Shown: positions 46,955 to 56,423 of the stretch, piece by piece
How positions within the stretch are numbered: the stretch's first letter is position 1
How the letters are laid out: every line of letters begins with the position of its first letter
From: Bacteroidia bacterium
GTDB lineage: Bacteria; Bacteroidota; Bacteroidia; CAILMK01; JBBDIG01
Direction of reading: 5' to 3'
DNA length: 64,000 nucleotides
Assembly (NCBI GenBank): GCA_040880525.1
Contig: JBBDIG010000024.1
Span: forward strand, 12,522 to 76,521
Notes under the pieces: model-generated
Databases searched by the model: none
What the model was told of the DNA's origin: nothing
Seen by the model: the letters and a program-made list of their open reading frames with translations, nothing else
Position numbers and translations under genes: made by a program

Positions 46955-47240
46955 GAAGGCCGAATGGATCATCTCAGTTTTGTGAAGTTGCTATAAAGAA
47001 AAAATCAAGGATCTAACAATAACCTTATTTTCATTTCTTTAGATCTTTAAAACCTTAGTAGCACTGTAAATAGAAGTAAGCCAACCTTATTTTAGCTGCG
47101 TGAAACCACCTCATAAGCTTTTATTAATGAAGTTGGGAAAGACGGTCTCAAATATTTCCAATTAATTAAAAATAAAACCATATAACGATCCCATTAAATG
47201 TTATTCGATATTTAAATATTTATATTAATTTTTTAATTGC

Positions 47241-47780
47241 TCAAATTTTTTCTGCAATCCGGAGTATTGTTTTCCAGTTTCGGGTTGTAATGTCTTTTCC
47301 ATAAAATTTCTCCAGCGCTTCCATTCCTTTAGGTGTGCTGGTGACAGACAAATCCAGTACGCTGCAAATTTCTTTTTCCCGCACGTTTATGATGCTGAAG
47401 GATTGATCTTCAGCAATCCAGGGAAGATTTAGCGATACTCCGTGAGGTTCTTTCAGAAAGGATACATAGAGGCGAATGTCATCGGTCACTTTCACTTCCT
47501 TAAAAGGATCAGCTTTGACCAGTTTAATGATCGCTTCTGCTTTGCGAACCAAAACCGGTATGGCAAAACCAAAAGCTTTTTCAAGGTGAGCGGCTATCTT
47601 TTTCTCGAGCTTTTCCTCCTGGCCCCCGGCTCCCTTGAATATTACGTTACCGGAGTTTAGCAGGGTAATTATATTCTCAAAACCAAGCCTTTCCATTTCC
47701 TGGCGGAGAAGCGCCATCGGTACTTTATGGTGCCCGCCTACATTGATGCCCCTGAGCAGTGCGATAAACGTTTGTGCCAT
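47241..47780 (-). CDS. DUF1697 domain-containing protein
   Basis: 'FIALLRGINVGGHHKVPMALLR' is the DUF1697 signature. Confidence 0.7.
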   Translation of the reverse strand: MAQTFIALLRGINVGGHHKVPMALLRQEMERLGFENIITLLNSGNVIFKGAGGQEEKLEKKIAAHLEKAFGFAIPVLVRKAEAIIKLVKADPFKEVKVTDDIRLYVSFLKEPHGVSLNLPWIAEDQSFSIINVREKEICSVLDLSVTSTPKGMEALEKFYGKDITTRNWKTILRIAEKI

Positions 47781-47833
47781 CTTTTATTGCGTAATTAAAA
47801 GGCAAAGGAATGAAAAACGATAGGATTGCCCGG

Positions 47834-48187
47834 CTACTTTGCAGTTTTTGCAAGGTTCTCCATTACCCTTCTTTCTACCATCCGGCTTATCAGGTCAAAA
47901 GGAATGGGTTTATCAAGTGGAAATTGAATGGAACCTTTTCCTTGTTTATACTTTGAGAGTTCTTCAATAAACGCTTCGTGGCCTGATGGCGTGGCATAAA
48001 AACCAATATGATTTTTATAACCCGCAAAATATACGAGCGGTTTTCCATTGGTTTTGTAGCCAGGTATACCATAGCTGATGCCTTCAATACTATCCGGAGC
48101 TTTTTCTTTAATAATCGATCTGATCCTGTTCAGCAAGATCTGCACATTCCCGGGAAAATTGCTAATGTATTCATCTACAGATTTCAT
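47834..48187 (-). CDS. DUF1801 (YdhG-like) domain-containing protein
   Basis: 'VDEYISNFPGNVQILLNRIRSIIKEKAPDSIEGISYGIPGY' is the DUF1801 signature. Confidence 0.65.
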   Translation of the reverse strand: MKSVDEYISNFPGNVQILLNRIRSIIKEKAPDSIEGISYGIPGYKTNGKPLVYFAGYKNHIGFYATPSGHEAFIEELSKYKQGKGSIQFPLDKPIPFDLISRMVERRVMENLAKTAK

Positions 48188-48341
48188 AATTAAAACTATT
48201 GGTTAGTTATTCCAAAGCATTCTTTTTTATTTCGCAAATATTTGCATTAATTTTAACAAAAAGGTGTTAGCAAGAAAGTTTTACCGCCCTCAATTCCGCA
48301 CAAACCCTGAACTTCGCCCGCGAAAACACTATCCGAAAATA

Positions 48342-49082
48342 ATGTTGACACGCCAAACGCCCGGTACTTACATCTTCGAAATAGACAATGGCGAGGTTAT
48401 GCTCGTTGATAAACCGGAAGGGTGGACTTCGTTTGATGTGGTGAATAAGATTCGATACCGGGTGCCCTTCAAAAAGGTAGGCCATGCAGGAACCCTGGAT
48501 CCGCTGGCCACGGGGCTGCTGATTGTTTGTGCCGGCAAAATGACGCGGCAGATCCACACTTTTCAGGGGCTTGAGAAGGTTTATTCCGGCACCATCATCC
48601 TTGGGGCAGAGACGCCCTCTTTTGACCGCGAAACGGAGGTGAGCCGCGAGTTTCCGGTGGCGCACATTGCAGAGGCAGATATTATTGCTGCGGCAAGAGC
48701 AATGGAGGGCACCTTGATGCAGCAGCCTCCTGATTTCTCGGCATTGCAGCAGGGCGGGCAGCGGGCCTATAAGCGAGCCCGAAAAGGCGAAGCAGTAGCA
48801 TTGCAGCCACGCGAGGTGCATGTGGAATATTTCAGCATTACGGACGTGAAGATGCCGGAGGTGCATTTTGAAGTGAAGTGCAGCAAGGGTACCTACATCC
48901 GGGCGCTGGCGCGGGACCTGGGCCGCAACCTGCAAAGTGGCGGCTACCTGGGGAGCCTCAGGCGTACAGCAATTGGTGAGCATACGGTGGACGAGGCGCT
49001 GAGCATAGAGGCGCTGGCTCCGCGGTTGGAGGCATGGAGCGAACAGACGCGCATTATGCACGAACAATCGGAGGGAGATTAG
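48342..49082 (+). CDS. truB: tRNA pseudouridine(55) synthase
   Basis: 'MLVDKPEGWTSFDVVNKIR...GHAGTLDPLATGLLIVCAG' is the TruB catalytic Asp motif. Confidence 0.85.
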   Translation: MLTRQTPGTYIFEIDNGEVMLVDKPEGWTSFDVVNKIRYRVPFKKVGHAGTLDPLATGLLIVCAGKMTRQIHTFQGLEKVYSGTIILGAETPSFDRETEVSREFPVAHIAEADIIAAARAMEGTLMQQPPDFSALQQGGQRAYKRARKGEAVALQPREVHVEYFSITDVKMPEVHFEVKCSKGTYIRALARDLGRNLQSGGYLGSLRRTAIGEHTVDEALSIEALAPRLEAWSEQTRIMHEQSEGD

Positions 49083-49130
49083 CGGTTATTGCCCTAAATT
49101 GCCAGCCCTCACCGCTATGATTTTTATTAC

Positions 49131-50069
49131 ATGAAAATATTCAGAGGTTTAAAGGAACTACCCAGGATCACACGCCCCATCCTTACGGTGGGAACTTTTG
49201 ATGGCGTACACATCGGGCACCGGCAGATCCTCGACAGGCTCAACACGATTGCGGAAGCAGAGCAGGGCGAAAGCATGCTGATGACTTTCTGGCCGCATCC
49301 GCGCATGGTGCTCAACCCGGATGATGATTCGCTGAAATTGCTGAATACGCTGGACGAGCGGGCCGGCCTGCTGCGTGAGGCTGGACTGAAAAACCTGCTT
49401 ATCATTGAATTTACTATAGATTTTTCGCGCACCACTTCGCTGGAGTTTGTGCAGCAGATACTCGTGGATGCAATTGGTGTACATACACTGGTGATTGGTT
49501 ACGACCATCATTTTGGGAAAAACAGGGAAGGCTCGCTGGAGCAGTTGGCAGCTCTGGCACCCAAATATGGGTTTGCGCTGGAGGAGATATCAGCACAGCA
49601 AATTGATGATGTAAACGTGAGCAGTACAAAGATCCGCAAAGCACTGGAAGCCGGACAAATTGAGCAGGCAAATGAATTTCTTGGCTATAGTTATTTTCTT
49701 CAGGGAACGGTGGCAGCCGGTGAAAAGCTGGGCCGCCAATTGGGTTATCCTACCGCTAATATCCAATTAAACGAACCATATAAGCTGATCCCGGCTGATG
49801 GCGTGTATGTAGCCGAAATAATCATTGGAAATGAAAGTTGGTACGGAATGCTGAATACCGGCCTTAACCCGACTATTGAAGGGAAAGGCCGCACCATTGA
49901 GGTGCATATCTTCAATTTTACGGATGACATTTACGGAAAGGAAATTTGTATACGCTTTCTTTACCGGATGCGGGATGAAATTAAGTTCGAATCAGTTGAC
50001 GAACTGAAGGAGCAAATGGAGGCGGATCAGCACCATGCATTTGAATTGCTTGAAAAACACAAGACCTGA
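49131..50069 (+). CDS. ribF: bifunctional riboflavin kinase / FMN adenylyltransferase
   Basis: 'TVGTFDGVHIGHRQIL' is the FAD synthetase motif. 'GYPTANI' and 'EVHIFNFTDDIYGKEI' are the riboflavin kinase motifs. The truB-ribF order is conserved. Confidence 0.9.
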   Translation: MKIFRGLKELPRITRPILTVGTFDGVHIGHRQILDRLNTIAEAEQGESMLMTFWPHPRMVLNPDDDSLKLLNTLDERAGLLREAGLKNLLIIEFTIDFSRTTSLEFVQQILVDAIGVHTLVIGYDHHFGKNREGSLEQLAALAPKYGFALEEISAQQIDDVNVSSTKIRKALEAGQIEQANEFLGYSYFLQGTVAAGEKLGRQLGYPTANIQLNEPYKLIPADGVYVAEIIIGNESWYGMLNTGLNPTIEGKGRTIEVHIFNFTDDIYGKEICIRFLYRMRDEIKFESVDELKEQMEADQHHAFELLEKHKT

Positions 50070-50251
50070 GATTTAAAAAAAATCCGGACTTTAGACACAA
50101 AGGCTTCAGGACTCAAAGTAACCCAAAGTTTTATTTTAAATACAAGTGTATTCACCCCAGGGAAGTAAAGTTTGCTGAAGCCATATTTTCTTTTTGGTAA
50201 AACTCAGAATTCAACAAAAGCAGGCAGGGATATTCATCATTAGAATCCTGC

Positions 50252-50593
50252 TTATTTCTTTTTCTTTGTTCGCAGATATTTGGCAAATTCGTCTGTCAAT
50301 GTTTTTTTCCATAGCGGGAGTTTGTGAAGATAAGCTTCTCGGGCCATAAGGTGGGATGAAACCGGGGTGGTGAGAAGCAAAAATAAAATAATGAGAATCG
50401 CCTTAATAATAATAGGCACCGTATTAAAAAAAATACACGCCCCTATCAAAATCAGGCCGACCTTAAAGGTAACCGCCTTCGTTACCGCAGACATGCGCGT
50501 ATAAACGTCAGGGAGCCGGAAGAGCCCCAGGGAAGCGACAAACATGAGGAACACGCCTGCATAAACAAATACTAAAACCAGGATCTCTTTCAT
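50252..50593 (-). CDS. mrpG: Na+/H+ antiporter Mrp subunit G
   Basis: It is a small three-helix membrane protein in the last position of the mrp operon. Confidence 0.65.
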   Translation of the reverse strand: MKEILVLVFVYAGVFLMFVASLGLFRLPDVYTRMSAVTKAVTFKVGLILIGACIFFNTVPIIIKAILIILFLLLTTPVSSHLMAREAYLHKLPLWKKTLTDEFAKYLRTKKKK

Positions 50594-50865
50594 TCTTCTT
50601 TTTTTCGGTATTTAATATAATAAGCAAAAGCAACAATAGCGAAAAAGCCGATCAGCGCCAGCACCAGTGCCACATCCAGCAGCAGCGGTTCATTTGAATA
50701 AATTGAATAAATGGCAATCACGCCAATCAGGTTGGCAGTCATCAGGTCGAAGGTGATGACCCGGTCTACGAACTGCTTACCATACATGAACCGGATCATT
50801 GTAATGAGAAATGCCACGATAAGAGCTAAAAAGGCAACGAGCAAAAGAAATTCAAAATAGTTCAT
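50590..50865 (-). CDS. mrpF: Na+/H+ antiporter Mrp subunit F
   Basis: It is a 91-aa three-helix membrane protein. Its stop overlaps the next gene's start. Confidence 0.65.
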   Translation of the reverse strand: MNYFEFLLLVAFLALIVAFLITMIRFMYGKQFVDRVITFDLMTANLIGVIAIYSIYSNEPLLLDVALVLALIGFFAIVAFAYYIKYRKKEE

Positions 50866-51362
50866 CTTGTCATTTTTAGGATTCGTTTTTCAAAGCCCTC
50901 TTTTATTTGTCGTTTGGCTTCTTCAGGATCTTTATTGGGTACATTAATAATATGAAAAAAAAGAAATTTATGATCGTCACTTATTTCCAGCGTCAGTGTG
51001 CCGGGCGTGAGTGTAATGAGGTTGGCCAGCAGCGCAATTTCCACATCCGACTTTACCGTGAGTGGAAGCGCAAGTACGGCAGGTGTAAACTGAAGATCAG
51101 GAGTAATGACGTACCACACTATTTTTAAATTGCTTATAAATAATTCTTTTATAAAAAATATCATTAATAAAATAAAATAATAAAATTGGCGGAAATACTT
51201 TCTGCTATAAATAAAACTGGTGAGCCACAGAGATGTAAAGAAGCCGCAATAAATTGCAAATTCCCAAAGGCCAGCCATCACCGAATGTAATTCTTCATGA
51301 AGAAAAAAGCCGGTTATAATCACCACTAAGAGGTGGGCCACAAGTATTTTGAAACTATTCAT
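50862..51362 (-). CDS. mrpE: Na+/H+ antiporter Mrp subunit E
   Basis: Its size and position fit MnhE, with two N-terminal transmembrane helices and a soluble C-terminus. Confidence 0.65.
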   Translation of the reverse strand: MNSFKILVAHLLVVIITGFFLHEELHSVMAGLWEFAIYCGFFTSLWLTSFIYSRKYFRQFYYFILLMIFFIKELFISNLKIVWYVITPDLQFTPAVLALPLTVKSDVEIALLANLITLTPGTLTLEISDDHKFLFFHIINVPNKDPEEAKRQIKEGFEKRILKMTR

Positions 51363-52878
51363 CCGGTTGAAATTCTGGCTGCGTTAAAACTGCATTAATA
51401 TATTCGTCAGGGTTCATTAATTGTTCTGCTGCCAGAGTGGAATAGTGCATTAACGGGCCAGAGAACAAACCAATAAAAATGGTGCAAAGTGCCAGAACAA
51501 TGATGGGTGTAAGCATTTGCCAGTGAGATTTGAACAACACCGGCTCGCTGAATATCCGGTCGTTTTGCGTTGATGGATCACTTTTCCAAAAAGCAAAGTT
51601 CCAGATCTTGGTCATGGAAAATAAGGTAAGCAAACCGGTGATAATGGCCACTACCACAATGGTGTATTCCTGAATTTCAAAGCCCGCCTTTATGAGAATA
51701 AATTTAGACCAGAAGCCGGAAAGGGGCGGCAGTCCGGCAAGAGACAGAGCCGGGATGAGAAACAAAAGTGAAAGCAATGGAAAACTTTTATACAACCCTC
51801 CGATATATTCAAGTTCAGAAGAACCTTTAATTTTTTCTACAACACCGGATATCAGGAAAAGATTGGTTTTTACGATAATATGATGGATAATATAAAATAT
51901 GGCTCCGGCCAGCGCCAGCGGGGTAAAAAGCGCCAGGCCCATCACCATATATCCTATCTGGCTGATAATGTGGAAAGACAGGATTCGCCTCATTTGATTC
52001 ATGGCAACAGCGCCAAGCACGCCAGTAATCATCGTGAATCCTGCACCGGCCAGTAATATGGAATGCGTATAACTTACGTCATTCACAAAAATTAAAGTAA
52101 AAAATCTGATCAGCGAATAAACGCCCACTTTGGTAAGCAAACCGGCAAAAATGGCCGAAGTGGAAATAGGGGGCGTATGGTAAGAGGAAGGCAGCCAAAA
52201 GAAGACAGGAAACATCGCGGATTTCAGGGCAAAAGGAATCATGAAGAACACGGCAGCAACAGTGATCAAAGGATTTTCAGGATGCTCGCGGAAAAAGAGC
52301 GCTACATCTGCCATATTCAGGCTGCCGGTGATGCCGTATATCATGCCGGTTCCTGCCAGCAAAAAAGTGGAAGCAATGAAATTGAGCAGCATATATTTCA
52401 CGCCTCCTACAAGCTGATCACGCGTGCCGCCCAGGGTGAGCAATACAAAAGAAGAGATCAGCATTACCTCAAACCAAACGTACAGGTTGAAAATATCTCC
52501 GGCCAGGAAAGCTCCGTTTACGCCCATCAGGAGGAAATGAAAAAGGGCAAAAAACCCGAAACGGTTGCGGGCTTTGTCCATATCCTGCAAAGCATAAATG
52601 TTCACCATCAATCCCATCAGGCTGGTAATGCCCACCATCATGGCTGAGAATATATCCGCCACCACAGAAATACCAAAAGGCGCCTGCCAGCCGCCTGACT
52701 GCACAATCAGGATCCGGTGTTCTTCAACCATAAAAAATAAATATACAGAAGCCGCAAAAAGGATAATACTTCCGGCCATTGAAATTATTTTTTGCCATTC
52801 TTTATTTTTAAATAAGAGCAGGCAGCCAACGGCCGTCAGAAAAGGAAGAAGAATTGGGGCGAGTATTATTGCCTGCAT
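51355..52878 (-). CDS. mrpD: Na+/H+ antiporter Mrp subunit D (NuoN/NuoM-like)
   Basis: A 507-aa polytopic proton-pumping-subunit-like sequence. Confidence 0.8.
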   Translation of the reverse strand: MQAIILAPILLPFLTAVGCLLLFKNKEWQKIISMAGSIILFAASVYLFFMVEEHRILIVQSGGWQAPFGISVVADIFSAMMVGITSLMGLMVNIYALQDMDKARNRFGFFALFHFLLMGVNGAFLAGDIFNLYVWFEVMLISSFVLLTLGGTRDQLVGGVKYMLLNFIASTFLLAGTGMIYGITGSLNMADVALFFREHPENPLITVAAVFFMIPFALKSAMFPVFFWLPSSYHTPPISTSAIFAGLLTKVGVYSLIRFFTLIFVNDVSYTHSILLAGAGFTMITGVLGAVAMNQMRRILSFHIISQIGYMVMGLALFTPLALAGAIFYIIHHIIVKTNLFLISGVVEKIKGSSELEYIGGLYKSFPLLSLLFLIPALSLAGLPPLSGFWSKFILIKAGFEIQEYTIVVVAIITGLLTLFSMTKIWNFAFWKSDPSTQNDRIFSEPVLFKSHWQMLTPIIVLALCTIFIGLFSGPLMHYSTLAAEQLMNPDEYINAVLTQPEFQPDE

Positions 52879-52945
52879 TATTCGTTTAAGGCTTTAATTT
52901 CAGTTTTATTTAAATTATATATTTTTAATTTATAGATTAAATTAA

Positions 52946-53287
52946 CTATTTTTTCAAATCGTCAATCTCCTCAATTCCGGGCATATCGTATAGTTTCTTA
53001 AAAAGCGTGAGAGCAAATGCCTGGATGCCAAAACTAATTACCAGCGCGGTGAGAATCAGCGCCTGGGGCACCGGATCTGCAAAGGCTTCGAGTTGTGGCA
53101 GCGCTTCTTCATTTTCAATGATGGGAGCCTCCTCGCGGACAATTCTTCCGGCAGCAAAAATGAACAGAGCCGTGGCATTACTGATAATTACGATCCCAAT
53201 GATTAGCTTAACGAAATCGCGATGCAGCAATAAATAAACACCGGCTGTAAATAATATTCCCACTAATATGGATAACCAGACTTCCAT
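52946..53287 (-). CDS. mrpC: Na+/H+ antiporter Mrp subunit C (NuoK-like)
   Basis: A 113-aa protein with three transmembrane helices, for example 'LVGILFTAGVYLLL'. Confidence 0.75.
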   Translation of the reverse strand: MEVWLSILVGILFTAGVYLLLHRDFVKLIIGIVIISNATALFIFAAGRIVREEAPIIENEEALPQLEAFADPVPQALILTALVISFGIQAFALTLFKKLYDMPGIEEIDDLKK

Positions 53288-53289
53288 TT

Positions 53290-53700
53290 TTAATCACTTT
53301 GAATGTTTGGAAAGATTATTAACAAAACAGTCCCGATCACACACAAATAAACACCCATATCAAAAAACAATGGAGTGCCGGGGACGGGAAGGAAAGGCAC
53401 TTCCCAGTTGAGCCAAAGCCCGGTAAGGAAAGGCTGGCCCTGGAAAATAGCCGGAAGCCCGCTGGCAAATGCTATCAGGAGTCCTGCACTGATAATGGTG
53501 ACGGGGCTGAAGCGGATTCGCCTCAATACCCGCTTTACGTTCGTGGCAAAAGCGTATAGCACCAGCGCTGCTCCGCCCATCAGCCCTCCTGCAAACCCGC
53601 CACCTGGCAGATGGTGGCCTCTTGCAAGCAGATACACGGAAAACAGCAGCATGACAGGAACAATAAGTTTTGCGCTCACAGAGAGAATGAGGGAGTTCAT
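53290..53700 (-). CDS. mrpB: Na+/H+ antiporter Mrp subunit B
   Basis: The MnhB/DUF4040-like motif is 'GHHLPGGGFAGGLMGGAALVL'. Confidence 0.75.
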   Translation of the reverse strand: MNSLILSVSAKLIVPVMLLFSVYLLARGHHLPGGGFAGGLMGGAALVLYAFATNVKRVLRRIRFSPVTIISAGLLIAFASGLPAIFQGQPFLTGLWLNWEVPFLPVPGTPLFFDMGVYLCVIGTVLLIIFPNIQSD

Positions 53701-56009
53701 GCCTTTTCTTTTTTTCTGTTCATTGAAAGCCTGATAAGCGTGTAAACACCGAGGGCAGAAATAGCCAGGACGGTGATCTCACCAAACGTATCAAGTGCCC
53801 GGAAATCTACCAGGATCACGTTCACAATATTTCTTCCGTGCGCCTCTGTCAGGCTATTGGCTGCATAGAATTCCTTCAGTTTTGAATGGAGCGGATCATT
53901 CGTGAGGGAAAAAAGAATGGCGGTGATCATGGCACCGGCAGCCACTGATATTGCGGTATCACGCGCTATAGATATTCGGGATTTCCGTACTTCACGTTTC
54001 GGCATCCGGTGCAGGATCAGAACAAAAACCGTAATGGTAAGCGCATCAATTAAAATCCAGGTAATGGCGAGGTCCGGGGCTCCATATTCCAGAAAAATAA
54101 TGGAGACGATAATCCCCACAATGCCCAGAGAGAGCAGCGAGCCAATCCTGTGCGTTATGGCAAGAATAAATATCAGCGCCAGGATCATGACTACTCCCAG
54201 CACAACTTCAAAAACGTAGAGGTTGGTATCCGAAATATTAACCCTGAGCTCCGCCCGTGAAAAGAAAGTGTAGGCCATAGCAACTATAAAGGTGATAAAG
54301 CACACCATTATATAATATCGGAGATGTTCCCGTTGCAAAATCCGGGTTTGCCATGCGGCCACTTCTTTCAGTACCACCAGCGAATAATTATAAATTGATG
54401 AAGGCGTAAAACGCGGATATTTAAAGGATCGCTCTTCGCCCCATTTTTGGGATTTATGGTAAATTAAATAAATAATAAAGCCGGTTGCAAGAGAAATAAT
54501 GCTAAGCAATAACGCCTGGTTCCATCCATGCCATAGGGAAATGTTCAGCGGGTCAACTCCGGGAGAAATGGACGAGGCAGCTTGCGTGACCAGCGTTTGC
54601 ACCGAACCGGGAAAAACTCCTACCACCAACCCGGCAAGGGCAGGTAAAAGGGCGGGAAGGAAAAGCCAGGGAGTGATTTCTTTTATTGCCTCGTTACTAC
54701 CCTTTTTATTTTTACTGAAAAAAGTGCGATGCGTGAGGATGAGTGCGATAACCGTGAAAAGGGCTCCGGTAATGACCACTGCCGCCACCAAAAGCATTGA
54801 GTACTGCCGGGCTAAAAGCACTGATTCAATAAGCATTTCCTTGGCAATGAACCCGAACATCGGAATGATCCCGGCCAGCGAAAGTGCGGCTGCGGCTGCC
54901 ACTGCGAAGGATACCGGCATATTCCTGAAAAGACCTTCCGGCTGATCCTGTAGCTCGCGCGAACCGGTTTTGATTTCAATGATACCGGCAATCATGAAAA
55001 GTGCAGACTTATAAAAAGCATGTGCAATAACGTACACCAGGGCCGCAGCAATCGCGGCCTCCGAGCCTATTCCCAAAGAGAGCGTCATGATGCCTAATGC
55101 ACTGATGGTAGAATATGCCAGGATCTGTTTAAGGTCCGTAGCGCCAATGGCCATTGCCGCTCCCGTGAGCATGGTAAGCGCTCCAAAAACGGTGATCGTT
55201 CCGTTCCACAAAGGATCGCCTTCCAGAATTTGCGAGAAGCGGGCGATGAGAAAAATTCCGGCTTTTACCATTGTGGCTGAATGCAGAAAGGCGCTCACAG
55301 CCGTGGGCGCGGCCATCGCATTCGGTAGCCAGAAATGAAATGGTATCTGTGCAGATTTGGTGAACGCTCCCAGCAACACGCATATCACAATGGCCGCATA
55401 AACCGGAGAAGCCGTCAAATCGCCCTCCCATTGCAGGAGTTCGGAAATGGTGTAGGTTCCGGTTTCTCCTCCAAGCAGTACCAGGCCCGCCAGCAATGCG
55501 AGGCCGCCCAGAGCCGTCACCAGCAAACCCTGGAGAGCAGCCTTCCGGGCACTTTCCTTTTCATGGTCAAATCCTATGAGCAGGAAAGACGTTATGCTCG
55601 TTAATTCCCAAAATACCACCAGGGTGAGCACATTATCCGCCAGCACCAATCCAAGCATGGAACCCAGAAATGCAGTGAGGAAGATGAAAAACCGGATGTA
55701 ATACCGGTGATCGCGCATAGTATGGGCGGCATAAGCGAAAATAAGAACTCCTATGCCGCTGATAATCATGGCAAAGAGGAGGCTCAGGCCATCTAAATAA
55801 AATGCCAGTTCCAGGTTAAAGTATTCGTTCCAGCTTATGGCTTCCCGCAGCGGGGTTTGTCCGGATCTTTCAAGATTTTGCTGTAAAAACCATACGAATA
55901 TTCCCAGCGGCAGCAAGGCCAGGATATACCCGGTTTTTTGCCTGAAAAGCCGGGTGATGACGGGAATAAATATGGCGACAATAAATGCCAGGAGAACAGC
56001 TAAAGTCAT
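53697..56009 (-). CDS. mrpA: Na+/H+ antiporter Mrp subunit A (NuoL-like, with fused MrpB-like C-terminal domain)
   Basis: A 770-aa polytopic protein with a NuoL-like core. Its gene is transcribed first in the minus-strand operon. Confidence 0.8.
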   Translation of the reverse strand: MTLAVLLAFIVAIFIPVITRLFRQKTGYILALLPLGIFVWFLQQNLERSGQTPLREAISWNEYFNLELAFYLDGLSLLFAMIISGIGVLIFAYAAHTMRDHRYYIRFFIFLTAFLGSMLGLVLADNVLTLVVFWELTSITSFLLIGFDHEKESARKAALQGLLVTALGGLALLAGLVLLGGETGTYTISELLQWEGDLTASPVYAAIVICVLLGAFTKSAQIPFHFWLPNAMAAPTAVSAFLHSATMVKAGIFLIARFSQILEGDPLWNGTITVFGALTMLTGAAMAIGATDLKQILAYSTISALGIMTLSLGIGSEAAIAAALVYVIAHAFYKSALFMIAGIIEIKTGSRELQDQPEGLFRNMPVSFAVAAAAALSLAGIIPMFGFIAKEMLIESVLLARQYSMLLVAAVVITGALFTVIALILTHRTFFSKNKKGSNEAIKEITPWLFLPALLPALAGLVVGVFPGSVQTLVTQAASSISPGVDPLNISLWHGWNQALLLSIISLATGFIIYLIYHKSQKWGEERSFKYPRFTPSSIYNYSLVVLKEVAAWQTRILQREHLRYYIMVCFITFIVAMAYTFFSRAELRVNISDTNLYVFEVVLGVVMILALIFILAITHRIGSLLSLGIVGIIVSIIFLEYGAPDLAITWILIDALTITVFVLILHRMPKREVRKSRISIARDTAISVAAGAMITAILFSLTNDPLHSKLKEFYAANSLTEAHGRNIVNVILVDFRALDTFGEITVLAISALGVYTLIRLSMNRKKEKA

Positions 56010-56423
56010 TAGAACCTCATTTGGACTGCTATGGATGTAAGAGGGCCATCCGTGAAGCTTTCACAGTAACATCAATGATTTGCTTTGGTTTTAAGCAGGG
56101 AATTACTCCGGAGGTATTGCAAAGCCTTGTTTGCCGGATTTAAATTTTTCACTTAAACGGAAATTTTAAATATAATTATGTTATTCAATTTTTAATTAAA
56201 AACTAATATTTCCGTTTTGATATTTTCATAAAATGCTCAGGAAGGTTAGGCTAAGCGTTTTTTAAAAAATGAAAGGAGCCATTCATTATGCTGCTATCTT
56301 TGCGGGGGCTATTGCCAGAGGCTGTATTTGAAAAAAGTGAACCACCGGTTTTCATTACAATTGAATTATGAACATTGCCTGCACCCGTGTGCTTTATTAA
56401 TTGAATTTTAAATTTAAGGAAAG

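Noticed and set aside
50252-56009. Mrp operon as part of a respiratory complex I or hydrogenase cluster
   Set aside because: The gene order A-B-C-D-E-F-G, the sizes and the small E/F/G subunits match a stand-alone Mrp Na+/H+ antiporter. No NuoB/C/D/Fe-S subunits are adjacent.
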